Below, one piece after another: positions 23,170 through 36,629 of a DNA stretch of 64,000 nt (the first letter of the stretch is position 1; each line of letters starts with the position of its first letter). The notes under the pieces were generated by a model. It saw only the letters and a list, made by a program, of their open reading frames with translations. It was not told where the DNA came from and did not search any database. Source of the DNA: Heterodontus francisci (taxonomy: Eukaryota); NCBI RefSeq assembly GCF_036365525.1, contig NC_090387.1:88515691-88579690 (forward strand). The letters run 5' to 3'. The position numbers and the translations under genes were made by a program.

Positions 23170-24200
23170 AGTGAGTGTTGCAAGCATGGCTGATTGGGTA
23201 CAGCCGGTACCTTGTCCATTGAAAACAACCGAAGGGACATATTCTTTGATACGATCCTCCAGCCTCTGGGATGCCTGTAAACCGAGCATCACACTGGCAT
23301 TGAAATTCATATATCACATTACTTATATGTGTGATAGGCATAGTCTTTTTGGCTTGACGGTAGCATCCTGTTGGTGGTGAACACCACACGTGTTGATATT
23401 GCATAGTAGCAGCATGTAACAGCTAGGTTTACCAGTTGTTCAAATTCTTGGGATACATTACCGTTCCTGTGTAATTTGAGGCAGACTGGGTACTTTACAG
23501 GGCTGCAAATGACGGCCTTACGCCCGTTCATACGTTTGCACGATATACAGCTAGGTATATAGGCTATACATCACTAAGACTGACTGACCCTATCAAACAG
23601 CACGTCCCCCTGCTGTTCACAATGGGCAAGGGACAGGCCGTACTCAACCAGCCCATGCTTGCAAACCTCAAAACACAGTGTCCAATGTTAGATGTGATGC
23701 TGTGATTGGACAGCATTTGCTAAATAATCCGCAGTGTGCTAAGAATTACACTGACAAACAATTTAAGATTTTCAGTAGAGCTTGCAGTGTTGTGTATTTG
23801 CATGTATAGGAAGCTACATATATTAATCCATAGGAACCTGTTCTGAAGCAAACAGAAAGAACACATACACATATTGCACCTGTTTCAGCTGAACAAAATA
23901 CGTGACAACCATTCACTGTTTTGTTCCTCAGGGCAATGCCTTGACCAATCACATTCAAGCTGACTGGTTTAAATTTAAAACAAAACTTGGCAGTTAACTG
24001 TCAGTCACCCTAAACTGGTGCATGCCCCATGGCAACACCTCTACCAATCAGAGTTCAGTTGCCAACCAATCCGCATTCTCTTCGCACACAGTATATGTAG
24101 TTGTTTTCCCTTGCATTGGTATTCTTGTGCGTTGTCCTGACGCAAGATGAAAAGCTTTGACAATATGTCACTATTTTCAGCAATTCCCAAGTTCCGTACA
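23170..24200. mobile_element. Penelope-like element (second family), inverted arrangement: - arm ~23170-23545, + arm ~23550-24200
   Basis: SNVIYEFQCQCDARF GIY-YIG-like remnant on -. The same segment recurs on +, ending in a decayed hammerhead-like motif at 24132-24163. Confidence 0.75.
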
Positions 24201-24369
24201 AACAAATGACTATTAGTTATTCTTTTATACATAGTTACACTTTCCTATCTAAAGGCTTTAAGAGAAAGGCATTATTCCAAATGGCATTCAGTAAGGGACT
24301 CTTGACTTTTCTGTAAATTGAACTTTTAGCATTTTCCCTATTCTAAGAAGTGTTTACATTGCTAATTTT

Positions 24370-24965
24370 GGAAAATTGGCTATTTCCTTAAAGTAAGATG
24401 TTATGCTTCACTTGCACGAAAATTTGGTCAAACACAATGTGGAGTATTGTGTTCTGTTTTGGGCGTGGCTCTTGAGAAGGACATTTTAGAAATGGAGAGA
24501 CTGCAGTGCAGATTTACTTGAACTATAACATGACTCAAAGGGTTAAATGCTGAAGTTAATTTGCATAAACCTAGCTTGTACTTAGTTGTAAATAGAGATG
24601 GAATGGTAAGCTGTTCGAGGTCTTTGGACAGTTTATGCGATTCTGATGGAGAGTAGACACAAATAAACGATTTCATTTGCAAGGAAATCAAGAAGGGTCA
24701 TAATTTTAAAATCGGAGCCTAGCAATTTAGGACAGAAATGAGGAAACAATTTTACACACTAAGTGTGGGAGAAATTTGGAACTCTCTCTGCCAAAATGCT
24801 GTTTAGTCGAGGTCAACAGAAACTTTCAGTACTAAGATAGATCGAATGTTTTTATTCGATAATGCTATAATGTGATTATGGGGCATAGGTCGGTAGATTA
24901 AGTTAAGATGCACATCAGACACGATATAATAAAAAAAAAACTGAAGCGTGCCTGAATGACCTACA
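24370..24965 (+). mobile_element. Old CR1 3' fragment
   Basis: tggagtattgtgttctgttttgg (LEYCVQFW-like) and downstream decayed ORF2 end. Confidence 0.6.
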
Positions 24966-25461
24966 AGTGTTTCTAATGGTGTTATCCTGATCCATATCTG
25001 CACAATAGGGTTAAGCATTCAGCATGCATTGTCCCAGTAAATGCAGATTATATCCTGAAAGGGTAAAGGAAAATCCTCAGCCGTCTGAATTCAGAATCAT
25101 TGTTTCCTCCTTTAGCAGTAGATCTTTGTGCTCCAGCACGATTTTGTTCAGAAACAAAATATCTGACAACCAAGAGAAAGGCCAGAGGCCGGAGTACACT
25201 TCCGTGAGCCATGGTTATTAAGTTCAATTTGTCAGGAAAACTATAAAGGTCAAATGAGATATATTAAGTTATTTGGGTGGAAATTTACCTTAGACTTTTC
25301 ATGAAAAAAGACTACAAATAACTTTAAAAAAAACTAACATCCAAGATGGCCACTGCAATATACATCTGAAATACCAGGCGATTGGACTGGTGTCAAAAAG
25401 TCTAATAAGAATCCCAGCCAGGACAATGCCTTGCTCTAAGTTATTGAATTGCCTAGAATGG

Positions 25462-25730
25462 CCAGAGATGAGGAGATTCTTTTCTCTCAGAGGGTTGTGC
25501 GATTTTGGAACCATCTGCTTCAGAAGGTGTTGGAGGCGGGGTCATTGAACATTTCTAAGGTGGATGTAAATAGATTCTTGCTAGGCTTGGGAATCAAAGG
25601 TTATCTCACATAGATGGGAGTGTGGAATTCGAAACACTAACAGATCAACCATGATCTTATTGAATAGTGGAGCAGGCTTGAGGGGTCGAATGGCTTAGTT
25701 CTGCTCCTAATTCATATGTTCACATGTTCG
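25462..25730 (+). mobile_element. CR1 3' end inserted in the 5' LTR
   Basis: gagatgaggagattctttctctcagagggttgtg...(catatgtt)n. Absent from the 3' LTR at the equivalent site. Confidence 0.8.
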
Positions 25731-26424
25731 TAATGGTGTCATTAGTACGACAGTCAAGGCCATCACCACTCATTGACATTGAAAGATCCAAACCCTTCAA
25801 CGTGTGAAGGGACATCTTGGGGCATGTAGAATTTTAAATGTAATTTAAAAATTTCAGAAAAACCTCATTAGAAAGAAAAGGGATTGCGAGGAAACATTTG
25901 ACCACCTTTTAATCTCTGAAGAAACAAATGTTGCTATACAGACAAGCAGAAAGGCAGTAACTGAGTATACAGCAGCACAGAAGGCTGCTGATCCATGCCC
26001 CCCTTTTCTCTCCCTCCCTAGAGGTGATCTTGGGTGATCCTCCAAACCTACAGACCACTACAGCAAGCAACCAACTGCAAATCCTGCCTTCAAAAAACTC
26101 TGAGCAAAGCAAGCCATCCAAACTGCACTTCGATCAACCAAGGATTTCATGAATACAGCATCAGCCGAAGGCTACTGTATCAACTACTTTACAGACTGTA
26201 TCTAAGTTCCATTTATTCTGGACTTTAATCCAACCACCAAATTTATTTCCCCTCTGCAAGTTACTTGTTTGTGTGTGATTCGCGTGTGAATATGTACGTG
26301 GATATGTAGCGTATTTTTCAATATTTTTAAATGGGGTTAGACTGCTAAATATAATAAACTTACCTCATTCTTGTATAAACTCAAGAAAATCTGACTGATT
26401 GATTCTTTTGTAATCACAGTAAAG

Positions 26425-27329
26425 TGTCACGATCCTGTATTTTTTTCTCCTTTGGAAATATTTGGTGTGCCTTTAAGAGTGTAAAGACATTCGTGCATCT
26501 TTAGGAGATCTCTTCAGAATCTCAGTGTGCCGAATGCATTCTGGTTTCCAAGTTGCAGCCATACAGAGAGAGAGAATGAGAAGAGACATTCGATGCATCA
26601 GTTTTGACTTTGAAACTGGCTGGCAAAAACTGGTGTTGCAGAGACAGCAGACACAGTTTGCTTCAGCACGTGAAGAAATAAGAGAGCTCTCAAAGTCAAG
26701 TTCTATAGTCTGATTCTCAAATTTATAAAAACCTTCAAGCCAAATTAATTCCCTAAAGAAATAACAAATTATTGATCTGCTGTGTTCATTGCTGGAAAAA
26801 AAAGTTTATACTATGACTGTCGAACTGAACTGTTGAACTCCTATCTCTGGAGGGACCTGTTTCTCATCGGACCTTGGAAGACTGCAAGTGAACTTAGACT
26901 GTCTTGAATAAGAAGACTGTTCGTCGGAAGCTTAATCTGCAATGACTATATTGTGTTTTCTACTTTTTTGGGGCAGCTAATTAAAAACCAAACCACTATT
27001 TGTTTGAATATATATATACAAATTTGGTAGTTTTTTTGACATAAGAAGTTATAAGGTCTTTAGATATTGGTTTACGTTAATAGTGTTTAAGATTTTAGTT
27101 TTTTAAAAATAAATAGTTAACTTGTTGATATCTAAAGATACGTAGTTTGGGTTTCCTGATTCGGGGTTACTAGGTTGTTTCAATTCTGCTGCTGCTTTCT
27201 TTGATTTGGAAAGGTTAAAGATATGTGATGCGACCTGTGGAGAGACGGGACTAAATTGACAATGTGTTGCTCCCACAGCAATCAGAATCATATATTTTGA
27301 CTGGGGGCATTTTCCGAGTGGTCATAACA
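26425..27329 (+). mobile_element. Solo LTR inserted in the 5' LTR
   Basis: TGTCAC...ATAACA ends, imperfect 4-bp flanks aaag/aatg. Host LTR sequence is contiguous across this point in the 3' LTR. Confidence 0.7.
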
Positions 27330-28956
27330 AATGGAAAAACGTACAACATTCACAAAGGTGGCAGGCACAACCACCGTTTGAAGGGAATAAACCATGTTGC
27401 TATCAAATAAGAAGAAGGGACGAGAGGGGAGCCTCAGCCCTCTCCTCACCTGTCCACAACAAAAAAAGGAGGCTTTTGTCTGCGATCGTAACTCAAAGAC
27501 AAATGCAAAATTGGCAGTATGAAACCAAATTGACCCCTATTAAGACTTACAAAGAAACTTCAATACAGGTTATCTTGTGGTTTTGCTGCTAGAATACTAA
27601 CATGTCCACACTCGAGGCCAATACATTCACAAGCCAGGGTGATGTATTTTGGGATAGGTTAAATGCCTTACCTATTAAAGAGTTGAGGAATGTAGCAGGG
27701 CAGTTAGGGATTACTTTCGTGCAGAAGCTAAGAAATTCGAAATCTTAAGACTTATGGCCAACCATTTTTCACTTGAACCCGAAGATGCAGAGACAGGGTA
27801 AGGTTCACAAAAATACAATTAGAACAGAGGAACCTCGAATTGGAATTCCAGAGAGAGAAAGAGCAGAGAGAATATCAAGAAAGGGAAAAAGAGAGAACTT
27901 TACGGAAGGAGAAGGAAGAAAGAGAACTAAGGCAATTTGATTTAAATAGGGGGCCTCACAGTACCCCAGTGAAAGCATGGCATGTGAGGAGCCTACCCCT
28001 AGTTCAGGACCGTGTACTGAGGTCTTATAGTTCTCCCAGCTGATTCCAAAGTTCAATGAGGAAGATGTGGAACAATTTTTGTCACTTTTGATTAGCTTTC
28101 AAGACAGCTGACATGGCCAGCCGAGAGCTGCACCCTATTGTTACAAAGAAAGCTAACAGGACTTGCCTCATGTTTGAAACAGTTAAGCTGCTTGCTTTTG
28201 ACCAGTGCATAAGGGCACTGAAGTTACAGCCCATATATGAAAACCTCAGACAGGTGATTCCTCTAGAGGAATTTAAAAACTATTTTCCCCTTTCTATTAA
28301 AACCTATGTACAGGAACAAAAGGTTTACAGAGCCAGACAAGCCGGAGTTCTGACTGATGAATTTACTCTCTTACATAAGTCGTTACCCCAAGAGAACACA
28401 TTCCCCAGTCACTCCCACAACCCAAAATGATAAAATGTGGGAGGGTGAGAGGAGCCCCAAGAACCCTGGGCGAGAATGGAAAGCTGTACGCACAGGAGGC
28501 CCTCATCAAGCCAAAGAAGATGGTGCTGAGAGCAGGAGTGATACCCGAAGACCTATGTGTTTCCACTGTAACAAGGCAGGTCACCTCCAAGCTGACTGCT
28601 GGAAATGATGTGGAAATTGTAGGGTTGAACAGGGCACACCAGACCAGTGCAGGAGAAGAGCATCCTGATGGAAAGCGCAGCAGAACAATCTGTGGTTGAA
28701 TTGCAGCTGTACGACCCACTGAACATACTGTTGTGGCTGCAGGAAAATTTACCAAAATCCTTGAAGTTTATCTGGATTTTGTATTCCAAGGGAGACTAAC
28801 CCCATACCCCTCGTGTGAGGTAACCAAGCCCATAGTCTACTCATGGATACAGCGGCCACCAGATCCCTGCTGCTGGGAAAAGGTGTGGCCCTTCCCAGAG
28901 AGTGCAGTGAATGCTAGAACGTTAGTGAATAGCATCTGAGCACAATGTATGCCCAT

Positions 28957-29902
28957 TGTCATGCAGACCCTCACCTGCCAAGAATGAGGCAAATTAATTT
29001 TGCCATATGAACATTGATTTTAAACTGTTGCTGGAGTGAAGAAAGAACTTTCTTGAAGAGCACCAGACACTTGGTTGCATCAATATTTGCATACTAAGAG
29101 ACAGTGCTTGGAGAGACAAAAGAATTGCTCACTGATTCAATTAACAGAGATTTGTCTGGGCAATGGTTCGACATCTTGTCGGTTAAAGACAGCTCTACAC
29201 GCCGCACCTCCACCGCCTCCCCCCCTCCCCCACCCCGCAAACTTGCCGAGAGCTATGAAATCCACAAAGGCCGGACTGGTTAGACCAGTTGGTCAGATGA
29301 CTGACCGGCTGATCCAGGCTTTTGAATGAGACAGAGCAGTTTGAATTCAGAAGGTAGTTTGCAACTAAAGCTGAAAAAAGGAAGCCTCTCTCCTGGCTGT
29401 CTCTCTCTCGTTTTCTCTCAAGCCATTGGACACATGGAAGACATGTAAACATCAAGAGAAAAAAGAGTCCAACATCAAAAAAGTTGAAGCATGAACTGGG
29501 TCCCAACGAACAGCAGGACGTACCAGCAACCAAAGACTCCACATTTAGCTCAAAGGACTGTAATTATAATCTCAATAGTAGCTCAAACTTTTCCCCTCTA
29601 TTCTTTTCTACTTTTACTGTCTCTATCAGCGTGTATTTTATCGTGTATGCATGCTAGCGTGGTCGCATCCCATATTTGGAGTCGTTAACCACATTAAAGT
29701 TTAATACTAATAAACTTCCACTGTTCTTGTTTAAATCTAAGAACACATATCTGATTTCTTTGCCTTACAACTGGAAAACGGTGAACAAGGATTCACTGAG
29801 GGGGAGCTAAAACACCGTGTTTTAAAAACTAAACCCTGTTACAGTTAATCCAAAAAAAGGGTAAGAGGCAACCCCGAGACCCCTACTCACCAGGTTGTAA
29901 CA
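28957..29902 (+). mobile_element. Solo LTR inserted in the protease region; same family as the LTR at 40315-41197
   Basis: TGTCAT...GTAACA ends, flanks ccat/caat. cacctgccaagaatgaggc is shared with the reverse complement of ~41165-41183. Confidence 0.78.
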
Positions 29903-32900
29903 CAATACAATTATATCGGGTGTACCTGGAGTGCGACCTAGTTTCAGAAATGGTAACCATGGGATTGTCCCTAGTTGCTCGTGGACGGGTTTGACCTGCT
30001 CCTGGTTAACGATCTGGCGGGGTCATAGGTAGTAGCTTCCCCAGGAGCTTTAGAGAGACAGAAAGTGGTCAGGGAGACAGGGTACTTTCAGGGGATGGTC
30101 CCCAGCATTTCCATTAACTGTGTTGTGACTCGGGGTCCATGGCCAAACCAGTTCCCTTAGAGGAGGCTGAACTTGTACTGCAGATAGATGACCCTACTTT
30201 CTGCTTGACTGATACCTTCTTTGGGAAGTTAGTGGAAACAAGGTATGGGGGAAACAGATCTTTCCTAGTTAAGGCCCAGCAAGTGGACCCAGTATTAAAG
30301 ACGTTAGCACGGACAGCCCAAATTGAAATAGAAAGAGTCCCTGAGTGCTACTATTTAAAGAATGAGACACTAATGAGAAAGTGGAGACCTCCTCGCAGAC
30401 CTGCAGACGAAGAGTGGGCAGTGGTTCACCAGATAATGGTGCCACCGAGGTACCATAAAGAAATATTAAGAATGACTCACGACCTTCGACTGGCTGGACA
30501 TGTTGGTGTACAGAATACCAAAGCCTGCATAAGACAGCATTTTGATTGGCCAAAACTCACAAAGAGGTGGTGGAGTATTGTAATTCGTGCCACACATACC
30601 AAGTTGAGGGGAAGCCCCAACCTGCAGTCAAACTTGCACCCCTAATTCCCATGCCAGTTTTTGGGGAACCTTCCAGCAGAGTGCTGGTGGACTGTGTGGG
30701 ACCCTGGCCGAAAACAAAAGGGGACAAACAAGCACAGGTCTGTCAGACAGTCAGGGAGGAAGGGGACGGAAAGTGTATTGAGAAAAGTTAAAGGAGGGAA
30801 GGGAGGATGGAACCCCTACTGACCAGTAAGCAACCTTGAAATATCAGAAAAAATAGATCCCACACTCTCCTACGCAACTGCAGGCCAAAGAAGCACCGTA
30901 CCAAGGCTGATAACATTATTCACAGAAACATGCAGCGATAAGGAAAGTTCCCAAAAAGGCAAATCAACAATGAGGGCGATTCCTCACCTAGTGGAAGTGC
31001 CACAGGGGAGTGAAGTGAAAGCTGGACAGTAAACTGTGAGTAGAAACGTCCCAGAGGATATGGGGCAATTAGCAAAGAGACCCTCCCCACAGTAAAGGGA
31101 AAAGGGAAACAAAAATGCCCAAAAGTGAACAGCACTTGTGCGACTCACCAAAAAACTAAGAGTGAGTTCAGGATGGATGTACCCATTGAATAATCTAGTG
31201 ATCAGGGCCCAAACACCAAAGTTAATCAAACAATTTCAATTCCGAATTCAGCGAGAACAAGGGCCTAGAAGAAATTTCAGACACCTCACAGGGGCTTAAA
31301 ACCAAATTATTACCCACTATCACTGCAGTGAGAACAAATATCAACTACAAGCAACTTAAAAGAAACTAGCAGCCAAGATAGTCACTGCCATTTACATCTG
31401 AAATACCAGGAGATTGGACTGGAGACAAAAAATCTAACAAGCCCAGCCAGAACAATGGCTTGCTGTAAATGATTGAATTACCTAAAGTGGCTTCATTAGC
31501 ACTGCAGTCAAGTTCTTCGCCACTTTAAAAGAGCCACCCCCTTCCAAGTCAGAACTGACATCCTAGGGCATGTAGAAGTTTGAATTTTATTAGAAAATTC
31601 TACAAAAAAATCTCATTAGAAACAAACAGTAACTGAGTGTACAGCAGCGCAGAAGGCTGCTGCTCCCCTCTCTCTCCCCTTCTCTCTTCCTAGAAAACAT
31701 CAAGTACAAACCGTTTGCGACTGTGGGATCCTCCAAACCTACAGATCACTAAAGCCAGCATCCAGGGTAAGAGAGCCAACTGCAGATTCTGCCTTCAGGA
31801 AAACCCTGAGCAACGTAAGCCATGAAAAATGAACTTTGACCAAACAAGAACTTCAAGAATACAGCTGCTGCCGAGGACTACTGGATCACCCACTTTACAG
31901 ACTGTATTTAAGTTCCATTTATTCTGGATTTTAACCCAACCACCATATCTCTTTTCCCTCCTGTAATCTACTTGTGTGTGCGTGTGTGTGAGTGAGTGAT
32001 TCTTGTGTGAATGTGTGTGTGAATGCGGAGCGTATTTTCAGTATTTCTAAATGGTGTTAGAGTGCTAATTATAATAGACTTACCTCTTCCTTGTTATACT
32101 CAAGAAAATCTGTCTGATTGGTTCTTTCGCAATCAAAGTAAACGAAAAAGGTAAAACAATCACAAAGGTGTTAAGCACAACCACTGTTTAAAAGGAATAA
32201 ACTCCATTGTGGTCAAATAAGCGGAAGGGGCAAAAAGAAACCCTGAGACCCCCCTCCTCAACTAGCCATAACAAATTGTTCTCGAGTAATTAAAAAAAAG
32301 AAAAAAATATTGGAAGTAAAGTAAAAGGTAAATCAGAGCATAATACCGTTTCTTTGTTTGTTTCTGATTCTAACATACTGCTGCTGTCTGTTGTGAGAGT
32401 TAGACTGATACCTGTATCTTTGTTACCTTGAAACATATTTTGCGTTCAGTGGGATCCCCCAAACCATAATGCGGTGAGTGACCAATTATTCTGTTTTTAA
32501 TTATCCTAGTTAAGAGAAGGATGTTGACCAAGGCGCAGATAGAGATATATTGAGATCGTGCTATGAAATCCTTTGCATTCAGATAAATTATGTAAAATGC
32601 AGACATTTAATGTATCTCCCTTTAATGACTTATTGAAAACAATGCATTGACTCGTTCGGTGCTACAGCGATGAGTTAACTTCTTATGAGCTGGATTGTTG
32701 AGTGCGAATTGAAACCTTGGCCATTTCTCTTAAGTGCGAGAGGGTTCTACCTGAACCAATGAGAAACGCAATGGGAAAGACAGCCCATAACTTAAGGATG
32801 GGATGTATAATTGACAAGCACATTATAGGCCAACCCTACCGTGAAAATAAATAGTATTTATATTTTGCTGAACGTGATAAAATACCATTTTAATTGTTCC

Positions 32901-34299
32901 CATGTTTTGGTTATAAATGTCTAACCTGACCGTTATGTGAAAAAAACAGCGAGGTCCCAGATTTCCTTTCTGGTCTCTGCTTGAATTGTTTTTGTCAAGG
33001 CGGAGCAGCATTGTGATTTTAGAAACGGTTCAATATTCCATTTACCACATGTGTCAGGTGAACGTTTCAGCCTCTTCCAGAGTTCTGGCACAAGAGCCAT
33101 GGTCATTCAAAGAGAAGGGCAAGATAGGGCCCAACAAATAAAATAATGTAACAACAGCAATTGAATTACAAGAACTCATTTATTTGCTCAGAACAACTCT
33201 GGATGTAAACTGATCCAACCTAACGCTCTTCCCCCGCCCGCTGCCCTCGATCCTTCATTTGAGGTCAAATCGTCGACCTTTCCCCACGTCTGCTTTACAT
33301 TTAAAATCTTTTCAACAGCTATTTTGCCAATGACCAGTTTTCGGTAAATCTCCTAATTTTTGCCGTAGTCTTCAACTTTTCTCTTATACTTCAATTTAGT
33401 TTGGAACCCACTCCACAAGGGAGTTTGCTACGTGAAGGGTGCAATACAAATATTTTTTTGTCACTATTGTTCAGAATGGGTGTGGTAACCAATTCACTTA
33501 TCTGATAAAATGGCATACTAGCCACTGGAGGAACTGAGGGACGCATAACACCGATTTTGCATGTATCGTTGCGGTACTAGCTCTTCAACAGGATTTAAAA
33601 ACAACTACCAGTCACTTCTATTTCATCTCAGCCAACATATATAACTAAACATCGTTTTCTGGAACCAACAGTATGCTAAGACTAGTCAGTATTGATTCAC
33701 AGTTAATGTATTCCCGCCGCTCTAGCTTTTCATTGATTCTGCTCTTAAAGCTACACATTTCCCTATCGTTAAAGTCTTGATGACTGCATGAAGAAAACAA
33801 GTTATTTTTTTCCTAGGTGGGGTGGATTAACAGTTTATGGTTTAATTTTTATTTTAAAAAAGTTTGATAAGATGAATCAACAATGCAGCTGCCAGACAGA
33901 AGATGAGTGAATTTTAAATTGGAAGTTACAATATTACAAGAACAAAAATAACATGATTCAAAATAATTAATGTTTGAAAGAAGAGAAACCTCCAGACCGT
34001 TTCTATAGGGTATTAAGTGTATAAAATATAAAATATTCACGTGTTTAGAAAGGTGAATTTGCTTTAAGTTGGACAGAGTTTTGTTATTCACAGAAACGGA
34101 GTATCAAGCAGGAGCAGTTCAAATGAGGACAATACATTCGACTATTCTATTCTGTCCATAAGGTTATAGCCATATTTTAGAATGGAAGCACTCGTGCAAA
34201 ATACGACTTAAGATCAGAACATGTAGTGGATAAATATCACACGAGGAAGGGGAAGCAAAATTCATTTAGGATTTTTTAACTTACTTAATTGCACAAAAT

Positions 34300-36560
34300 C
34301 TACCACCCGTGGAGAAAGAAACAGAGATACATTCAGGTCAACTACCTTCTCTTCGAACTGGAGAAAAAATTAAAGAAATAAATTTGTAAACAATTCCGTA
34401 GTCAGGGAGAGGGGGCAGGGACGAAAGAACCAGCAAGGAAGGCCTTTGAGAAGATGGAAGGCATGACAGAAGGGATGTTGGTGCAAGGCAAAATAAAATG
34501 GTAATGGGCCAAGTAAAGAAACAAAAGATGCGTCGAGGGAAACTTTCAAAGGAAAGAGCAGGATCATCGCCAACAGCTACCTCCAAAAAACATGCCAGCA
34601 AAGATCATGATCTGAAGTTATTGAACTCAATATTGAGCACTGAAGGCAGACAGGTGCCCAATCGAAAAATGAAGTGCTGCTCCTTGAGCTTACTTTGAGA
34701 TTCATTGAAAGAGGCTGGGGACAGAAATCGTAGAGTGAGAGTGGGATGGAGAATTAAAATGGCAGGAGACTCGAAACTCAGAATCATGCTTGAGGAATTA
34801 ACACAGCTGTTCTGCAAAGCTGTCATCCAACTTGAGTTTGTTCTCCCTGATTGAGTGGAGACTGCACTGTGAGCAGTGAATACAGTGCAGTAATTTGAAC
34901 GAGGTAGGAATGAATCTCAATTTCACTTCGAAGCAATATTTGGAACCTTGGTTTGTGGGAAGGGGTGCATTAAAAGGCCAGGTGTTGAATCACCTGTGCT
35001 TGCATGCGAGGATGCGGTGGGAGGGGGAGTGCTTGTTGAGGATGATTGTGGAGTGAGCGAGGGTAGAAGATTATCGCGGATGATTTTGCGACTAATTATT
35101 TTACTGATTCATTTGTCGATATGCTGTTGCAATGATAGTACTATGTCTTTGACACTGCAGTAATCTGGGCAATTTCTAAAATGTGAGCTACACGTTTGAA
35201 CTGACCTCTCTCTTGAAGAGGATTGGCGGTCACATGGAGGTTCTTGTGATTAATGAGTAACTGAAACATGTGTGCTACGTCAGCAATTTCTGTTGACTGT
35301 ATTAGATTAACGAATGAAGATAATTCATGTAACAATAAGTGACTATTTTAGAGATCAAACAGCAATGCTCTGCAAGATGTTGAATAGGAGCAGGAAATGC
35401 AGTGGTGCAATTAACTCAGATGTATAAATTTGCTGGATAATCAGGAAATCAGAGTGTAAACTGGCATGGACAAAAATGAATAGGCTTATTGACCCAGATG
35501 AACAGAATTTTGGGACATAAAAGAAGCAGGACTGTGAACGGCCCAATACAGGAGCAAAGGACAAGGCATTTGGCTTGTGGATGTGGTTGTGAATCTTGGC
35601 TGAAGTACTTGTCTAGCTAAAGAACAAAACTAAAAAGACAACATTTGCTATCTGTCCAGTAACCGAGTGGGTAATAACCAATCGGGGCTGTGAACTGTTG
35701 CCATGATATATCAGGTATTGATCGTTGCCATACATCCAATAATCGCCTTCTGTCACCAATTAGTATCATGTTCAATCCTTAAACAAAAATGTGGTAGGCA
35801 GAAATGGTGGAGAATGATTACTTGAATGTGAAGGCTGGTGAGGTGGAAGGGAAGGGAAAAGGGAACGTTATGGTGATCCTGTGAGGGAAAAAGTTTGACA
35901 GCAGCTTTGTGGGAAATGGAATGGACATGTTGTAGCCCTGGCAACCACAGTAGAAAGAACCCTTGGCTGAAGTAAAATGAAGGCATATTGGAAGCAGTCG
36001 TATGAAAGGTGACATCTTCAGAACAGATGCAATAGAAGAAGAGAAACATGGAGAATAGAACAGAGGACTTACAGGAGGTGGAGTGAGAAGAAGTGTAGTC
36101 AATGTATCAGTGGCAGCCAGTGGTCTTCTAATATTGGTTGCTAACCTATTTCCAAAAAATAGAGACAGAGATGTCAAGGAAGGGACCGGAAGGGTCAGAG
36201 AAGGATTATGTAAAGGTATGGGAAGTGTGAAATTTGGAAACAAAATTAATGATATTTTCCAGTTGTGGGCGAGGGGAGGAAATTTCAGTCATTGTTGTAC
36301 GGGAACAGGAGATGAGGGAAGGACCTGAGCAAGTCTGGAACAAAAAAATGATCCACAACGCTGCGAAAATACAGGCATAGCTAGAACCCATATAGGGTCC
36401 AACGGCAATAATTATTATTGGGAGGAATATGTGTGGATTCAATGGAGAATTGCTTCAATGTGAGAATAAGTTCAACCAGCCGGACTCATCAGGTTTCCAT
36501 TAAAGCACGTAACGGAGAGCCCTCAAACATCCAAATGACGGGTGGAAATATTAAAAGGAT
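34300..36560 (-). mobile_element. Decayed Penelope-like element fragments (RT ~35750-36560; endonuclease and terminus ~34300-35050)
   Basis: AVGPYMGSSYACIF (PLE RT motif remnant). KLKEQHFIFRLGT matches the element at 10055-10294. Confidence 0.65.
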
Positions 36561-36629
36561 AGCCAGAAGAAGGAATGTAGAAAGAAATGTTCATGCACAG
36601 TCAGAGGACATAGCTAAGGTACTTATAGG

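Larger units (their letters stand above)
25230..32272 (+). mobile_element. Gmr1-like Ty3/Gypsy LTR retrotransposon, internally deleted, with nested insertions
   Basis: Two diverged direct LTRs (~25230-27461 and ~31330-32272, both ending in ACA). Gag with SCAN-like LRQVIPLEEF and CCHC knuckle CFHCNKAGHLQADC. Protease DTAAT, then integrase HHCC finger directly after the protease. No RT seen. Confidence 0.85.

Noticed and set aside
27462-27490. tRNA-Pro primer-binding site of the LTR element
   Set aside because: Right position but too degenerate (ggaggcttttgtctgcgat) to call.
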